A DNA stretch of 64,000 bases from Cetorhinus maximus. Lineage: Eukaryota. Location of the stretch: assembly GCF_964194155.1 (NCBI RefSeq), contig NC_135880.1:216442001-216506000 (forward strand), given 5' to 3'. Position 1 is the stretch's first letter. The number at the start of each line of letters is the position of its first letter. A model generated the notes under the pieces. The model was not told where the DNA came from, did not search any database, and saw only the letters and a list, made by a program, of their open reading frames with translations. This document shows positions 50,722-63,890 of this stretch, piece by piece. A program made the translations under genes and the position numbers.

Positions 50722-51884
50722 TCACACATGGGTGCCTTACTTATTGGTGAAATGTAAACACTGGTTTGATTTATTGTGAACGTCAATGAGTTTTCTTTTC
50801 ACATGATTCTTCAGCTGCATTTGTTCATTATCCCTCTGTGTGATGTGATAGATTTGAATTGGATTTCGTAGCTGCTGTTATGGGAGATTGTGTTCATGTG
50901 GGTCCCTCTGCTCGACATTATGCGGTGACTCACATTGCCCTTATGCAGCCCTGGTGTTTATGACAGGAAGCAAATAGGAGAAGGTGCCAAGGGCCAAGAA
51001 GTTGTTATTAAGTTGGAGACCATCTGCTATTGGAGTCTTCTACATATCAGAGAATCTTTTGTCCTATGGGCATCCAAACCCTTCCGCAGACCAACTTGAC
51101 AGCTGCCTGGTGCAGCTCACCCTTCCGTTCATCAAAGCCGTCATCTGAGAACTGGGTTGTCTCCATCAACCCGTCCTCCGATAGGGCTTCCCCTCTCTGG
51201 AGGGCCAGGTTGTGCAATGCATAGCAAACGATGACCATAAGGGACACTCTCGCAGGTCCATATTGGAAAGCGCCACCTGAAGACATCCAAATCGGATCTT
51301 GAGCTGACCAATGGTGATAAGGTGTCACATCAAAGGTTACTACACAAAATTAGAGCTCATGGAGTAGGTGGTAACATAATAGCATGAATAAAAGGACTGG
51401 GTATCTAACAGGAATAATGGGTTTCAGATTGGCAAGCTGTAACTAGTGGAGTGCCACGGGGATCAGGGCTGGGGCCTCAACTATTTACAATCTATATCAA
51501 CAACTTGGAATCGAATGTACGCATGTATGTAGTTAAATTTGCCAATGACACCAAGATGTGTAGGAAAGTAAGTTGTCAAGAATAGGTAGAGGGTCTGCAA
51601 AGGGATATAGATAGGTTAAATGAGTGGTCAAAGAATTGGCAGATGGAGTAAAATGTGGAAAAATGTGAACGTGTCCACTTTGGTGGAAAGGATAGAAAAG
51701 CAGCATATTATTTAAATGAAGAGAGTGTGCAGAATTTGGTGGAGCAGAAGGACCTGGTTGTCCTGGTACATGAATCACAAAAGGTTAGTGTGCAGCTGCA
51801 GCAAGTGATTGGGAAGGCAAATGGAATGTTGTCATTTATTGCAAGGGGGTGGAATATATAAGTAGGGAAGATTTACTGCAGCTG

Positions 51885-52074
51885 AAACAAAAACAGAAAT
51901 ACCTGGAAAAACTCAGCAGGTCTGGCAGCATTGGCGGAGAAGAACAAAGTTGACGTTTCGAGGACTCGAAACATCAACTTTGTTCTTCTCCGCCGATGCT
52001 GCCAGACCTGCTGAGTTTTTCCAGGTATTTCTGTTTTTGTTTTGGATTTCCAGCATCCGCAGTTTTTTGTTTTT
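51885..52074. mobile_element. Palindromic Penelope-like element
   Basis: Arms meet at gacgtttcgag|gactcgaaacatc. 14-bp TSD atttactgcagctg at 51871 and 52075. Confidence 0.9.
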
Positions 52075-52189
52075 ATTTACTGCAGCTGTATAGGGCCTTG
52101 GGGAGACCACTTTTGGGATACTGTGTGCAGTTTTGGTCTCCTCGTTTGAAATAGGATATAATTGCACTTAGAGAATGTTCACATGACTC

Positions 52190-53185
52190 ATAAGCCATAA
52201 GACGTAGGAGTAGAAGTAGGCCATTCGTCCATCGAGTCTGCTCCGCCATTCAGTGAGATCATGGCTGCTCTGATAATCCTTAACTCCACTTTCCTGCCTT
52301 TTCCCCATAACCCTTGATTCCCTTACTGATTAAAAATTTATCTCAGCCTTGAATATTTTTAACGACCCAACCCCTACAGCTCTTTGCGGTAAAGAATTCC
52401 ACAGACTCACTACCCTTGGAGAGAAGAAATTCTTCCTCATCTCTGTTTTAAATGGGTGACCCCTTACTCTGAGATTATGCCCTCTGGCCCTAGACTCTCC
52501 CACAAGGGGATTCAACCTCTCAGTATCTACCCTGTCAAGCCCCCTAAGAATCTTATATGTTTTAATAAGGTCACCTCTCATTCTCCTAAACTCCAAAGAG
52601 TACAGGCCCAAGCTACTCAACCACTTCTCATAAGAAAATACCCCCATTCTCGGGATCAACCTAGTGAACCTTCTCTGGACTGGCTCCAATGCTAGTATAT
52701 CTTTCCTTAGACAAGGAGACCAAAACTGTTCACAGTATTCTAGGTATGGTCCAATTAGTGCCTTGTATAGTTTTATCAAGGCTTCCCTATTTTTATACTC
52801 CATTCTCCTTGAAATAAAGGCCAACATTCCACTTGCCTTCCCCATTACCTGCTGAACTTGTATGTTAGCTTTTTGGGATTCATGCACGAGGGCTCCCAAA
52901 TCCCTCTGTGCTGCGGCTTTCTGCAGTCTTTCTCCATTTAAATAATATTCAGCTCTTCTATTCTTCCTTCCAAAGTTCATAACCTCACATTTTCGCACAT
53001 TATATTCCATTCGCCAAGTTTTTGCCCATTCACTTAACCTGTCTATATCCCTCCATGGACTCTTTGTGTTACCCTCACCATTTGCCTTCCCACCTATTTT
53101 TGTGTCATCTGTAAATCTGGCGACAATACATTCACTTCCCTCATCTAAGCCATTAATAAATATTGTAAATAATTGTGGCCCCTGG
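52190..53185 (-). mobile_element. Younger CR1 3' portion (226-aa RT C-terminal ORF)
   Basis: RFTDDTKIGG..MEYNVRKCEVM..LYKALIGPYLEYCEQFWSP..RRMRGDLI, and a cttatgg tail. Confidence 0.92.
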
Positions 53186-55804
53186 GATTCATTCCTGGGA
53201 TGAAGGGCTTATCTTATGAAGAAAAATTGAACAGGTTGGGCCCATACCCACAGGAGTTTAGAAGAATGAGAGGTGATCTATCAAAACATATAAGATCCTG
53301 AGGGGACTTGATAGAGTGGATACTGAGAGGATGTTTTCTCGTGTGGGAAACTAGAACAAGGGGACACAGTTTAAGAATAAGAAATCTCCCTTTCAATAAA
53401 GAGATTTCAAGGGGTGGTTAGTCTAGGAATTCTCTTCCCCAGAGAACACTGGAGCTGGGTCATTGAATTTATTCAAGGCTGAGTTAGGTAGATTTTTGAT
53501 AGACAAGGGAGTGAAGGGATATGGGGGTGCAGACACGAAAATGGAGGTGAGACCACAACCAGATCACCCATGATCTTACCAAATGATGGAGCAGGCTCGA
53601 AGGGTTGAATGGCTTACTCCTGCTCCTAGGTCCTATGTTCCTATGTGCTATGTTCAATGGTCTGCTCAATGATCGCCCTGGTCGATATGTGGCTGTCATT
53701 ATACCTACACTCAGGTTCTGTCTGTGGATTCCTTACAGGAGTCATCAGCCATCTTTTTAACAGACGTCCTTTATCACCGAGCAACCAGCCATCCAAAGCC
53801 GGTAAACATCCCTGGTACCTGGGAACGTCCAAAGATGTATGAGTCGTGGCTACTTCCCGGGGAACGTGAGCACACCTGCATTATTTTTTGATTGTGATCG
53901 CACACAATCTGCATCTTTATTGAGTGGTATCCTTTTTTGCTTTATGAATGCCCCCAGCTGTCCAGTTGGTGCTCTTATAGCTGCACAAGTGCAATCAATT
54001 ACCCTTGTTTTCATGGAAATCCACCTATGGCTGCAAAGCCTCTGGCTCTTTCTGCTTGACTTGCGTTAACATATGTAAAAGAGAATTAATGGTATATGCA
54101 CTGAAACATGGCATCCATGAAGACCTTAATGCAGTGATGTGCTGCAGGCTGGCTGATCCCACTAAGGTCTCCACATGCTGCCTGGAATGACTCCGAGGTG
54201 AAGAAATTCAATGCCACTGTGACTTTTAAAGCTACAGGCATCAGGTGGCCACCCACACAAGTTGAGGCTATCTCGTCGGAAAGCATTACAAAGGGGTGTA
54301 TCTCTTGATAGACAAAGTCTTCTGAGGCACTGTCGTTCTGACATCTGCAAGGAAGACATCCTGACCCTGTACACTCAGCTGGAAGGGTAGGGTCTTTTCC
54401 CGCCTGCCGTCTGCTGCTGCCTCCCCTCTGCAGCCCCTTGCTCCACAGCAGGTTTTCCAACTCAGCTCATGGCAAACCCGCGCCCGGCCAGCTGATCCCC
54501 TCCTTCTCCATCTTCTGCTCTCCTCCTCACTGGAGGTGGTGCCTCCAACAGAATAGACAAGTCCCATACCAGACACCCATTTATAGCACAAAAGGTGCAG
54601 TGCTCGATATGAGAGCACTTCCTGTTTTCCCCTTCCCTGAGGAAATGCCTTGATGCAGATGTAATTGTTGTGAAAACCAAAATTTGCAAACCTAGCTAAG
54701 TTTCACAGCTTCAGCAGAAGACTCTTCAGCTGAAAACAGGTATAGGCCCTTTTGCAACCTTTATCCTTTTCAACAGTGTCTGTAAAATAGAGTGTCCTGC
54801 CCACTGACCGTATTCCCCATGCACCCTCCGCATTAAGGCGTGAGCAAAGTTTTATTGCAGTCAATTGGCTTCCAAACAAGCTGAATGGCTTGTTCATGTG
54901 GCTTTTAAAAATGGCGGGTGGGCTTCTGACCTGCACGGCGACATTGGGTTCACAACCCGCCCCCATGACACCAGATTTTACACATCCGTGAGACTACGGT
55001 AGACCCACTTTGCAAACATAAAACTCAGCTCGTTTAGTTCCACAGCTGACTGATGACAAATGTTAGTTGCAGTGCTTCAGAAACCAAGATATAATGAACA
55101 AGTTATCCAATTATAGGGCTCTGCTATTTAAACAGCAATTTTTTAAAAACAGAGTTTCTTTCTTGTTCTTTTGATTAAATGCAGTCTTTCGAGTTATTCT
55201 ACGTGAAGATGATTTTGTGCAAAAGTTGATTCTCCCTCCCCTTGATTTTTACATGAATAGGGAAGACATTCCACTTACTGTAGAAATAGAGTAATAATCC
55301 CCTCATAGAAAGACATATTTGGGTAGACCAGTTGGTATCTAGGGGGTTTTTTTAAACAAAATTCCTCCACTTACTTCATCGACAGGTCCCTCCAAATAAA
55401 CAGAAAAAGATTTGCCAAACACCTGGAAATAATACTCCTTTAATTTCTGCAATATTTATTACGACTGCTTGGGGAGAACTTAGGAATTTATGGTAAACGT
55501 GAGGGCTTGAGGCCGCAGAAAGGATTATGAAGAATAGGATTTGTTTCCTCAATCCTAGGCTGGGAGAAGTAAGATAACACTATAATAGTCTCGCATCTAA
55601 GTATTTGGTAAACAATAGGCTATCTTGAACAATTTGCAGCAATACATGTGTTTTGAGAAATTTGCAAATGTTCAAGAACCCGTTTGTCCATTCCTATAAA
55701 GTCTTCAGTTCACCTGTTTCCAAAGTAGGCTTTGTTTACTTTAAATATAATAAGAATCAAAGAAAATCGGAAATAATCAATATAAAATGACAAGACATGA
55801 AACT

Positions 55805-56225
55805 TGGCTTGCGCCCCATCCACCACCTTAAACATTCACTTCTTCCACCACCAGCACCCAGTAACAACATGTATGTACCACCTACAAAATGCACTGCATC
55901 AACTCGTCAATGCTCTTTAAACTGCACTTTCCACCCCTGGCCTCCAACATCGAGAAGAAAAAGAGTAGCACACACATGGGAGCAGCAACATCTGCAAGAT
56001 GTCCTCCAAGTCACATGCCATGCTAACTTGAAAATATGTTTTGTGTTCCTCCGACCTCAGTGAATCAGAATCCTGGAACTCCCTTCCATGGGCTGCAGTG
56101 GTTCAAGTACACAGCTCACCACTGCCTTATTCTTATATTCTTATGTATCTCCTCAAGGGTAACTAGGGATGGTCAATAAATGTTGGCCTTGCCAGCAACG
56201 CCCACATCCCATGAACAAATAAAAA
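55805..56225 (+). mobile_element. CR1-group LINE 3' fragment
   Basis: Colinear with 8075-8490, ending gccagcaacgcccacatcccatgaacaaataaaaaaa. Confidence 0.8.
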
Positions 56226-56229
56226 AACA

Positions 56230-56335
56230 CTATATGTATATGTGTGTTTGCACGTATATATATATATATACACATATATGTATTTGTATGTGTGATTATA
56301 TATATTTTTATATATATATATACACACACATATAT
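56230..56335. repeat. (TA)/(CA)/(TG) compound microsatellite
   Basis: tatatatatata..cacacatatat, directly after the LINE tail. Confidence 0.9.
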
Positions 56336-56699
56336 CAGTTAATGCACATACATTATATTGCTTAAAGTTTGAAATGTTCACTTTTCTTTCCTTTCCATTG
56401 CAGGCTCTTCAATGGAGTGATTTGCTGAATAGAAAAGGGGCATTGGCTGTAATTCAGAATTGCTCACAAGGAATGCAACTGGTGAATAATCTACCACCAG
56501 TACTGAGGGTCTGGATGGTTTTATTTGGTCACAGATCTTGTGCTGCTAGAATGTTGAAGCAGTTGCAAATTCTGATACACAAAGGTAACAAGCCTACTTT
56601 TGGCACATCAGCATAAATGAATGCATTTACAGGAAGAGTCAGATACTCAAGATTGCACTGTAGAGAAGGTTTGGCAGCAGAAGATTGGATGTAACTTTT

Positions 56700-57040
56700 T
56701 TTTAATTCATTGGATATAGGCATCATTGGCTAGACCAGCATGTATTGCCCATCCTTAATTGCCCTTGTTCAGAGGGCATTTAAGAGTCTACCGCATTGCT
56801 GTGGGTCTGGAGTCACATATAGGCCAGACCAGGTAAGGACAGCAAATTTCCTTCTCTAAAGGGCATTAGTGAACCAGATGGGTTTTTACAACAATGGTTT
56901 CATGGTCATCATCAGACTTTTAATTCCAGATTTAGTAATTGAATTCAAATTCCACCATCTGCCATGACAGGATTCAAACCCAGAGCATTACCCGGGGTCT
57001 CTGGATTACTCGTCCAGCAACAATACCACTACACCACCAC
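56700..57040 (-). mobile_element. tRNA-head SINE with LINE-derived tail
   Basis: Same family as 47225-47617, closest to 59620-59945. Confidence 0.85.
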
Positions 57041-57174
57041 CTTTGTGTGCCTCTTGATGCTGCATCAAAATTAAATAACACAACGGTCAACACTGGACAC
57101 ATCGGGAGTGAGATCAGACAGTGAAATTGATGATTAAATAAGGCAGTACACACTGTAAGATCTTTTAAACATAT

Positions 57175-57316
57175 GGGCCAGAATTTTTTTTAGCACCTAC
57201 CCCCCCCCACCCCCCACCTTTCCCGCGGTGCAGCAGTGCCAGAAAGCATTGAAATCTCCATTCAGGTTGGCGGGGGCAGAAGATCCCACCAGCTTGAGGG
57301 ACTGGATAATTCTAGC
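57175..57316. mobile_element. Degenerate Harbinger-type MITE
   Basis: Imperfect TIRs ggccagaatttt / ataattctagcc. Confidence 0.45.
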
Positions 57317-59619
57317 CATGAGCCTAGAAATGATTATTGCTGATGGTAATGGACAAAGACCTCATGCATTTTATGATATTCTCTTGTCTGTCATATGATG
57401 GAGGTGTTAATTTGTTTGTTGTTAACACTTTTATTAAGCTGGCAGATAAAGGAATGTCACATGAATGTGTTAAGCCTTTGTTAATATCGTCCAACGGTTA
57501 TTTTTGGGCTGTGATGCTCTGTTTAATTTTGACAGTAATATATATCACAGCGTTCTATTAGCTTATTATGTTACAGTGAGTTCTGTCTTTAAAACAGTCA
57601 ATTAGGTTGCATTCCAAATGAATGAAAATGGTCTAATTTAAACAGAAATGTGAAAAATCAGGAAATAAAACATTTGAAAAAGGTTATTGAACACAATGAG
57701 TATGTTTCTAAATCACAGGCATAAGGCATGATGGGTTAAATAGCCTTCTTCAATGCTATATGATTCTATGATTGGAAAAGAAAAAAAGCTTATTAACACA
57801 GCAGGTGAATGCTAAAGTAAAACAAATTAGGGAACTTTGCTTTCATTTCCAGTTACCCATCTGAGCCTCACAACCGAATCTCCAGTTAAGGGACTAAATG
57901 GAAGCAAAATATTGCAGATGCAGGATATCTGAAATCTGAAAAGGAGTTAAGTGGCATGGGCATCTTAAATGATCTTTGCTGGATACTGTTCTGTGGGTGG
58001 TTAGCCATCACACTGTTATTTCAAGTATAACTCGCTTGTAGTGGGACCCACAACTGCAGCAGAAGATATGCATCTTGTCCCTATAGTAACAGGCTCTCAT
58101 TTAATGTTGTTGTCTTTACACTGTTCCTTTGGACAGATTAGTATGAAGCAGTGGAAGGATTCTCAGGCTGCTTAACAGTCGACAGGCCACTGCATAAATG
58201 TAAATCTGAAGAAGATATAGTAATAAGAGAGGGAAAGACCCGTGAATCATAGCAAGTACCTCTTGACAGTCTTTCAGGGATTCTCCTCTTCTTCCACAAG
58301 TCTCATATCGTGGTTTCCAATGGGGGTTAACAATCTGTGAATAGGGCTATGGTAATTCATGGAGGCCTGCCTCCTTGCCTTGCCCCATGCTTGATGTGGA
58401 TGGTGTTCCTCAAGCTATATATAACCACTTGTGACAGAGTTGCCCAAGGTCCCTCATGGGTGCTATGGCTAATTAACGACATTAGGTAATCACTTTGCAG
58501 AAATAAATCAGTAGAGAAATTGTCACTAAGATGCATGAGAAGAATTTGTTTTCAGAAAAATGGGTCAGGAAAGGCCTCACAGTAGAAAAAAAAGTTGTCT
58601 TTGCAGCCCTTTACATATCCTTGTCTGTACTTCCTATTGTTTACCAACCCTGGATACCCGGTTGCAATGGGCATTGATACCTTTCAGTACTGACCTTGGT
58701 AAGAGACCTGGAAGACCTCATAGCATTAGTGACTTACTGGAAGCAAACACTAAGCTACCATCCCCACCCATATTAGTGTAAGTGTGCACTAGGCATTGAT
58801 GAGACAGGGACCTGTTACCCACTACGCGAAGGGATTTTTGGGCCAGTGCAATTAGATTGTGGAAAACACGAGCGCAAGTGGTTTGGGGCATAGCTCACTT
58901 ACTTGTGATATTTTGCACTGATTTGGCCAATTCTGTCTGGGTTGAGCTGAAAACAAACCACTGGAAACAAGCAGGAGCTCAACTCCCCTGGGATTCTGAC
59001 ACTTTTAAACTCAGCCTAATGCTACAAAACTGGGTTCACACAAGTGTTAAATCAGGAGTAAAATTGACACTGTCATGATCGATGAAAATAAAAGCAATTT
59101 TTTTTTGGAAAGGAAGCTCTGTGGAAATTATGACTGCATAACAGTGCAATCTAGAAGGTTTTGAAAATTTGTGAAAGAGGTACAGAATAATAGATAGCAC
59201 AAAGTGCATACAAGGCCATAACCTAATATAACAAGGTTCAGCTGAGGTCAGATAACTGTCAACTGAACCTAGCGCTTAGATTAAAACCTTAAAGCACCAC
59301 AGCTATTAGTTACTTACATTAATTGAAATTTTAGCTCTTTATTAATTTGTTTGTTCATCACATTTTTTTTTACTCTGGGGCTGTGGCCCTGCTGACATTA
59401 ATTGCCCATTCCTAGCTGCCCTGTGAAGGTGATGATGACTTGTTGCTCTATGTCTTGTAGTTGAATGAAGTAAAGAAAAAGCAAAAGGTCTTGTGTTGGC
59501 TGCAAGGAATTATTATTGGGATCTTTTTTGCCTTCTAAATTGAGAGACCTAGGTTAAGGGTCGAGACTGGCAATGCAGGAGACATCACAGTTGTTAAGGC
59601 CTGGGAAAGAAATATATTT

Positions 59620-59945
59620 TTTTATTCATGGGATGTGGGTGTCACTGAATAGGCCAGCATTTATTGCCCATCCCTAATTGCCCTTGTTCAGAGGGCATTT
59701 AGAGTCAACCATATTGCTGTGGGTCTGGTAAGGACAGCGGATTTCCTTCCCTAAAGAGCATTAGCGAGCCAGATGGGTTTTTACAACAATCGACAATGGT
59801 CATCATTAGACTTTTAATTCAAGATTTTTTTATTGAATTCAAATTCCACCATCTGCCGTTGCAGGATTTAAACCTTGGTCCCCAGAGCATTACCCAGGCT
59901 CTCTGGATTACTAGCCCAGTGACAATACCACTATGCCATCACCTC
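59620..59945 (-). mobile_element. tRNA-head SINE with LINE-derived tail
   Basis: ttcatgggatgtgggtgtc..gcccatccctaattgccc..ctggattactagcccagtgacaataccacta. Confidence 0.85.
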
Positions 59946-61879
59946 CCCATTTCCCCAAAATGTGGTTAGTCAAGCAATGAAATGAATAAACAGGTTTTCC
60001 AGGCTGCTGTAGTTTCTCAGGCATCACTTTTCCTCCAACGCTTTTTCTTTCCCTGTGGTGAAGGCATTACTGAACAGGCAAAGCAGCACTCCTTGCTGTG
60101 ATATTGAAGGTGCTCATGACATCACTGCTGCAGTTCTCACATGAATAACCTGTCTCAGGAAGACTCTATTTAAATATTTCTTCCTTCCTTCCCCCAATTA
60201 CAGTAGACCCAATGGATGGTATGATCGTATTGCATTAGATCTTCAGAGGTTAGTGTTGGGGCATGTTACCTCCGTTTAAAAATATATCAGTCCTGGCTAT
60301 ATGTGGGCAGAATGAAATAATGGGAGATTCCACAAATCTCTGGCTGCCAACTCCAGAGTGGCATTGGGTAGAAGGTTCAGTGTAACTGTCCAACTGCCTT
60401 CTCAGCCAGAGAAGGATATATAGCATGGCAAAACAAAAGGACAGAAAACAGGAGAAAGGAAAGGAAGCATCACGTTCAAATATCCTTGTATCACACAATA
60501 CTCTCGTCAAAATAAAAGGCAGGCAATTAGACAACTTACACCTGGAGTGATCAGATATAGATGGGCAGAGTAGAATAGAGATGGCAACATGAGGCGTAAG
60601 CTTAAAGGGGCCCAAGTTTCAACACAGTTATGTATACTTTTATGAGTAACAGATATTAAGGTTTATATATAGTTCCAATATGAATGGTTATCACTCCTAA
60701 TGGCCTTGCCTGTGACACCTATCTCTTAGTGTCCTGAGCATAGGTCACTAGATAGCCAGTGGAGACACTCAATTGGTCAGATTCACCTGGACTCATTGCA
60801 CTGTAAGAAAGGCTAACTTGACCATAGATGGCATTCTCTCTGTAGCCCATTGTGCACAATACAAGGTGTTGGAGGTTGTGACAGACCAGTCTGATATGTC
60901 GCTTAATATTCCTAATGGGTATTGCTTGCCACTTCTGAAAGAAGGGTACAGAAGTGATGTTTTTATCTCTTCCTCAGTAGAGTACAGCCCTGACTGATTT
61001 CGGGAGCCACAGGATTGGAAGCAGCATCTTCACATTGCCTTGTGCAGCAACCTAGCAACCAAGAGGGAAAAACACATCTTTATCGTCTTCATAAGGATCC
61101 TATTGAAGAAGCTGCACATTTCATAAGATTCATACTTTGAATCACAGAATCTAATTGGCTCCAACAGGCCAGTTTTAAAATCCGATAGGATCATAAATTT
61201 TTAAGTGTCTTCAATTAAGAACTATAGTTAAAAACATATTAAAACATGTGAGTTAATTTGGAGATTGACGCACATCTAGTGGTGCATTCTAATTGCAAGA
61301 CTGGGAATTTGCAAAACACTTTATATTGCAATCAAACACAAATTCAATTCAAATTACCAACAGCACAATTTTACACTACTGATATTTTGCTTTGATAGGT
61401 CCTAATGGTATAAGATTTAATTACCACCAGCTCAGAAAATGGGAATGAGTCCATTTTCTCTCTCCATGCTGTTCATTTGCTAAATTATAACTTTCCCCCA
61501 GGTTATGGCAGAATGCTGAAACGTGAAGTGTGTCATCTCAGTAGGTGAATACCTACACGGGTCATTAGATGCCAGAGTATTTGTACTCACAGGAGAAACA
61601 ATAGCAGATGATAGTATCTTGAGCTGTATTCTGCTAAATTGCTTAATAATGGCTGATCACAGAGAAAAGAATAGTGTGGGAGGCTTAAACTCTCCCTGGG
61701 TTATGCTGCTAAATGGCTTCGTTAGGGCAGGACTGTCCAAACTAAAGCCTGTAGGCTATATGGTCTGCAGGCTCTGGTAATCTAGCAACCAAAGCCTAAT
61801 CACTTCAGCGTCTTATTCGTTGGTTGTCCCTCCTTAATTTTCTGGCCTGCAGGTTTAGCAAAGGGCTATTCTTAGCCCC

Positions 61880-62012
61880 TAAAATAAAGGCAAAATACTG
61901 CGGATGCTGGAAATCTGAAACGAAAACAAAAAATGCTGGAAAAACTCAGCAGTTCTGACAGCATCTGTGGAGACAGAGATAACGTTTCGAGTCCGTATGA
62001 CTCTTCTACAGG
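61880..62012 (-). mobile_element. Penelope-like 3' end with HHR motif
   Basis: Minus strand ctgtaga-agagtc-atac-ggactc-gaaacgtta. Flanking direct repeat attcttagc at 61868 and 62018. Confidence 0.8.
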
Positions 62013-63289
62013 TCGGGATTCTTAGCTCCATTGTCTCAACCCTAATAAAACCTGTTATCATTAATGGGTTGAAATGTATGTAAATTAAGGAGAGGATGGA
62101 TTTAAACTTTGTGTGGGGGCTCACAGGACTCCATAGCATGTATCTAAGTAACTCATAAAGACAAGAAACACGTCTCAGCTGGTGTCACGTAACAGGTGAT
62201 TTCGGATGGGCTGCCCATTACACCCAACGCCTGCCTGTTAATCAGTTCCATTGGAGTCGGTGGAATTAAATCCCAGATGCAGTGTAGAATGGGCGGCCGA
62301 TCCATTACTGCCCGTTTTGCGCCTGAGATGAATTTCAAGTCTAAAAAGTTCAGCTACCCGAGCCTAGATTTTGTTTTGTGTCTTTTCTGTCAGGGTATTT
62401 TACTGAGCAAAGTTCTCCTTTGATTTATTTTCCTTTCATTTTTCTCCTTTACTTTTGTCCAGCTGGATGGAAGCACAAGCCCTTTCTCATGCCCTTGAAA
62501 CTGGCGTCAAGAAGGGGCCAGGAACTGGTCTGACTTGAATCTGTCAGGATTGCTGTTTCTCCATTGTCCCTTTTCACTCTGTTCTCCAGTTCCCTCTGTT
62601 TTTCTGTCTTCACTTGGCTCAAAACAAGCCAAGCTCTAAAGACACGCTGCCCATTTATCCAATTTCGCCCAAGTCAGTTCCAGGATTAAGAACCAAGCAG
62701 CAGTTACGTTCTCTTTCACAGGGATAGAGGAAATTCATAGCACATGCATCTCGTCTACTCTCACACACTTAGTACTACTAGCTGGTTACTGAACAACATT
62801 GTCATGCACCTTGAAGCAGGTTACCAGTTCTCACACTCAGCAAGGGAATGAGGTCAAGGACATAGAGGAATAAAATGCTTTCAAAGGGATGTTTTCCAAA
62901 GCCTCAGTGGCTAAACACACTACATGGTGTGCAACACAGACCAGGCCATCCCAAGTTTGATCTCTAGTCTGGGTTGAGTTGGCTGATCTGACCTGGGATG
63001 AAATTGAGAAAATATAATTCACCTTAGTTCCTTCAGTCTGCGCTGGGGGTGGGAGTAGAGAAAAGAAATCAGTAAGGTTCCCACTGCAAATCATTATCAG
63101 TAGCATCAAGCAAGAACAGAAGTGGCTCTGTAGTAAAATAACTTGTCAGCATATAGTCTCCAGGCCTCCACATAAATGTTGGCTTATAGGGTGCAGTTCC
63201 AAAGGGTTGCCAGCACCTATAGGATTGTGCTCCATCACCATGTGGCACCCATGCACTACACAGCTCAGTGATTCAATGCTTACTGATGA

Positions 63290-63890
63290 ATTTAGTAAAA
63301 AAAAATGACATTGATTACAAAAGCAGGGAAGTTATGTTGAACCTTTATAAAGCTCTGGTTAGGCCCCTACTAGAATATTGCATCCAGCTCTGGACACCAC
63401 ACTTGAGGAGGGATTTGAGGATCCTTGAGAGAGTGCAAAAGAAATTTACAATTGTGATTCCGGAGGAGATTTTAGTTACAAGGATGGGTTGGAATATCTG
63501 TGGTTGTTTTCCTTGGACAAAAGGGGATTTGATAGAGGTGTACAAGATTGTGACAGGTTTGGATAAGATAGACAAGAAAAAAACTGTACTCATCCTGGTG
63601 GTGGCAGGACCAGGGGGCACATGTTTAAGGTTTAGGGCAAGAGATGAAGGGGGTATGTGAGGAGGAACTCTTTTACGGAGCGAGTGGTAATGATCTGGAA
63701 CTCGCTGCCCACAAGGGTGGTGTAAGCGGAAACAATCAATAACTTCAAAAGGAAATTGGATGGGCACTTGCAGGAAATAAACCTGCAGGACTAGAGGGAT
63801 CGAGCGACGGAGCGGACCTGAATGAACTCCTCCGTGGAGAGATAGCATGGGCCTGATGGACTGAATGGCCACCATTTGTGCCATAAATGA
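63290..63890 (+). mobile_element. CR1 3' fragment
   Basis: IDYKSREVMLNLYKALVRPLLEYCIQLWTPH..GDLIEVYKI and a 3' UTR ending ggactgaatggcc. Confidence 0.88.

Larger units (their letters stand above)
51316..53654 (+). mobile_element. 5'-truncated CR1 inserted in the transposase (interrupted at 51885-52074 and about 52190-53185)
   Basis: DKVSHQRLLHKI, SGVPRGSGLGPQLF, KFANDTK, and a cctatgtt-repeat tail. 7-bp TSD caatggt at 51309 and 53655. Confidence 0.9.
51040..54560 (-). pseudogene. Harbinger transposase split by a CR1 insertion
   Basis: [58 protein letters not shown]|GQLKIRF..CYALHNLAL. Confidence 0.88.
48124..55031. mobile_element. Second, older PIF/Harbinger transposon carrying nested retroelements
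   Basis: Left gggctgaatcttac, degenerate right ataaaactcagctc (10/14). Myb/SANT gene on +, transposase on -. Confidence 0.8.

Noticed and set aside
10888-52074. Recurrent short ORFs (MLEIQNKNRNTWKNSAGLAAS..) as a peptide family, or CRISPR-like repeats
   Set aside because: These are antisense translations of dispersed Penelope pseudo-LTR ends, with no array or spacer structure.
58260-58414. Minus-strand coding exon candidate (..RRQASMNYHSPIHRLL..EEEENP)
   Set aside because: In-frame stop before the donor, weak splice sites, and no recognised protein.
61045-61062. RFX X-box-like motif (cctagcaac)
   Set aside because: Half-site only, expected by chance, and no associated promoter evidence.
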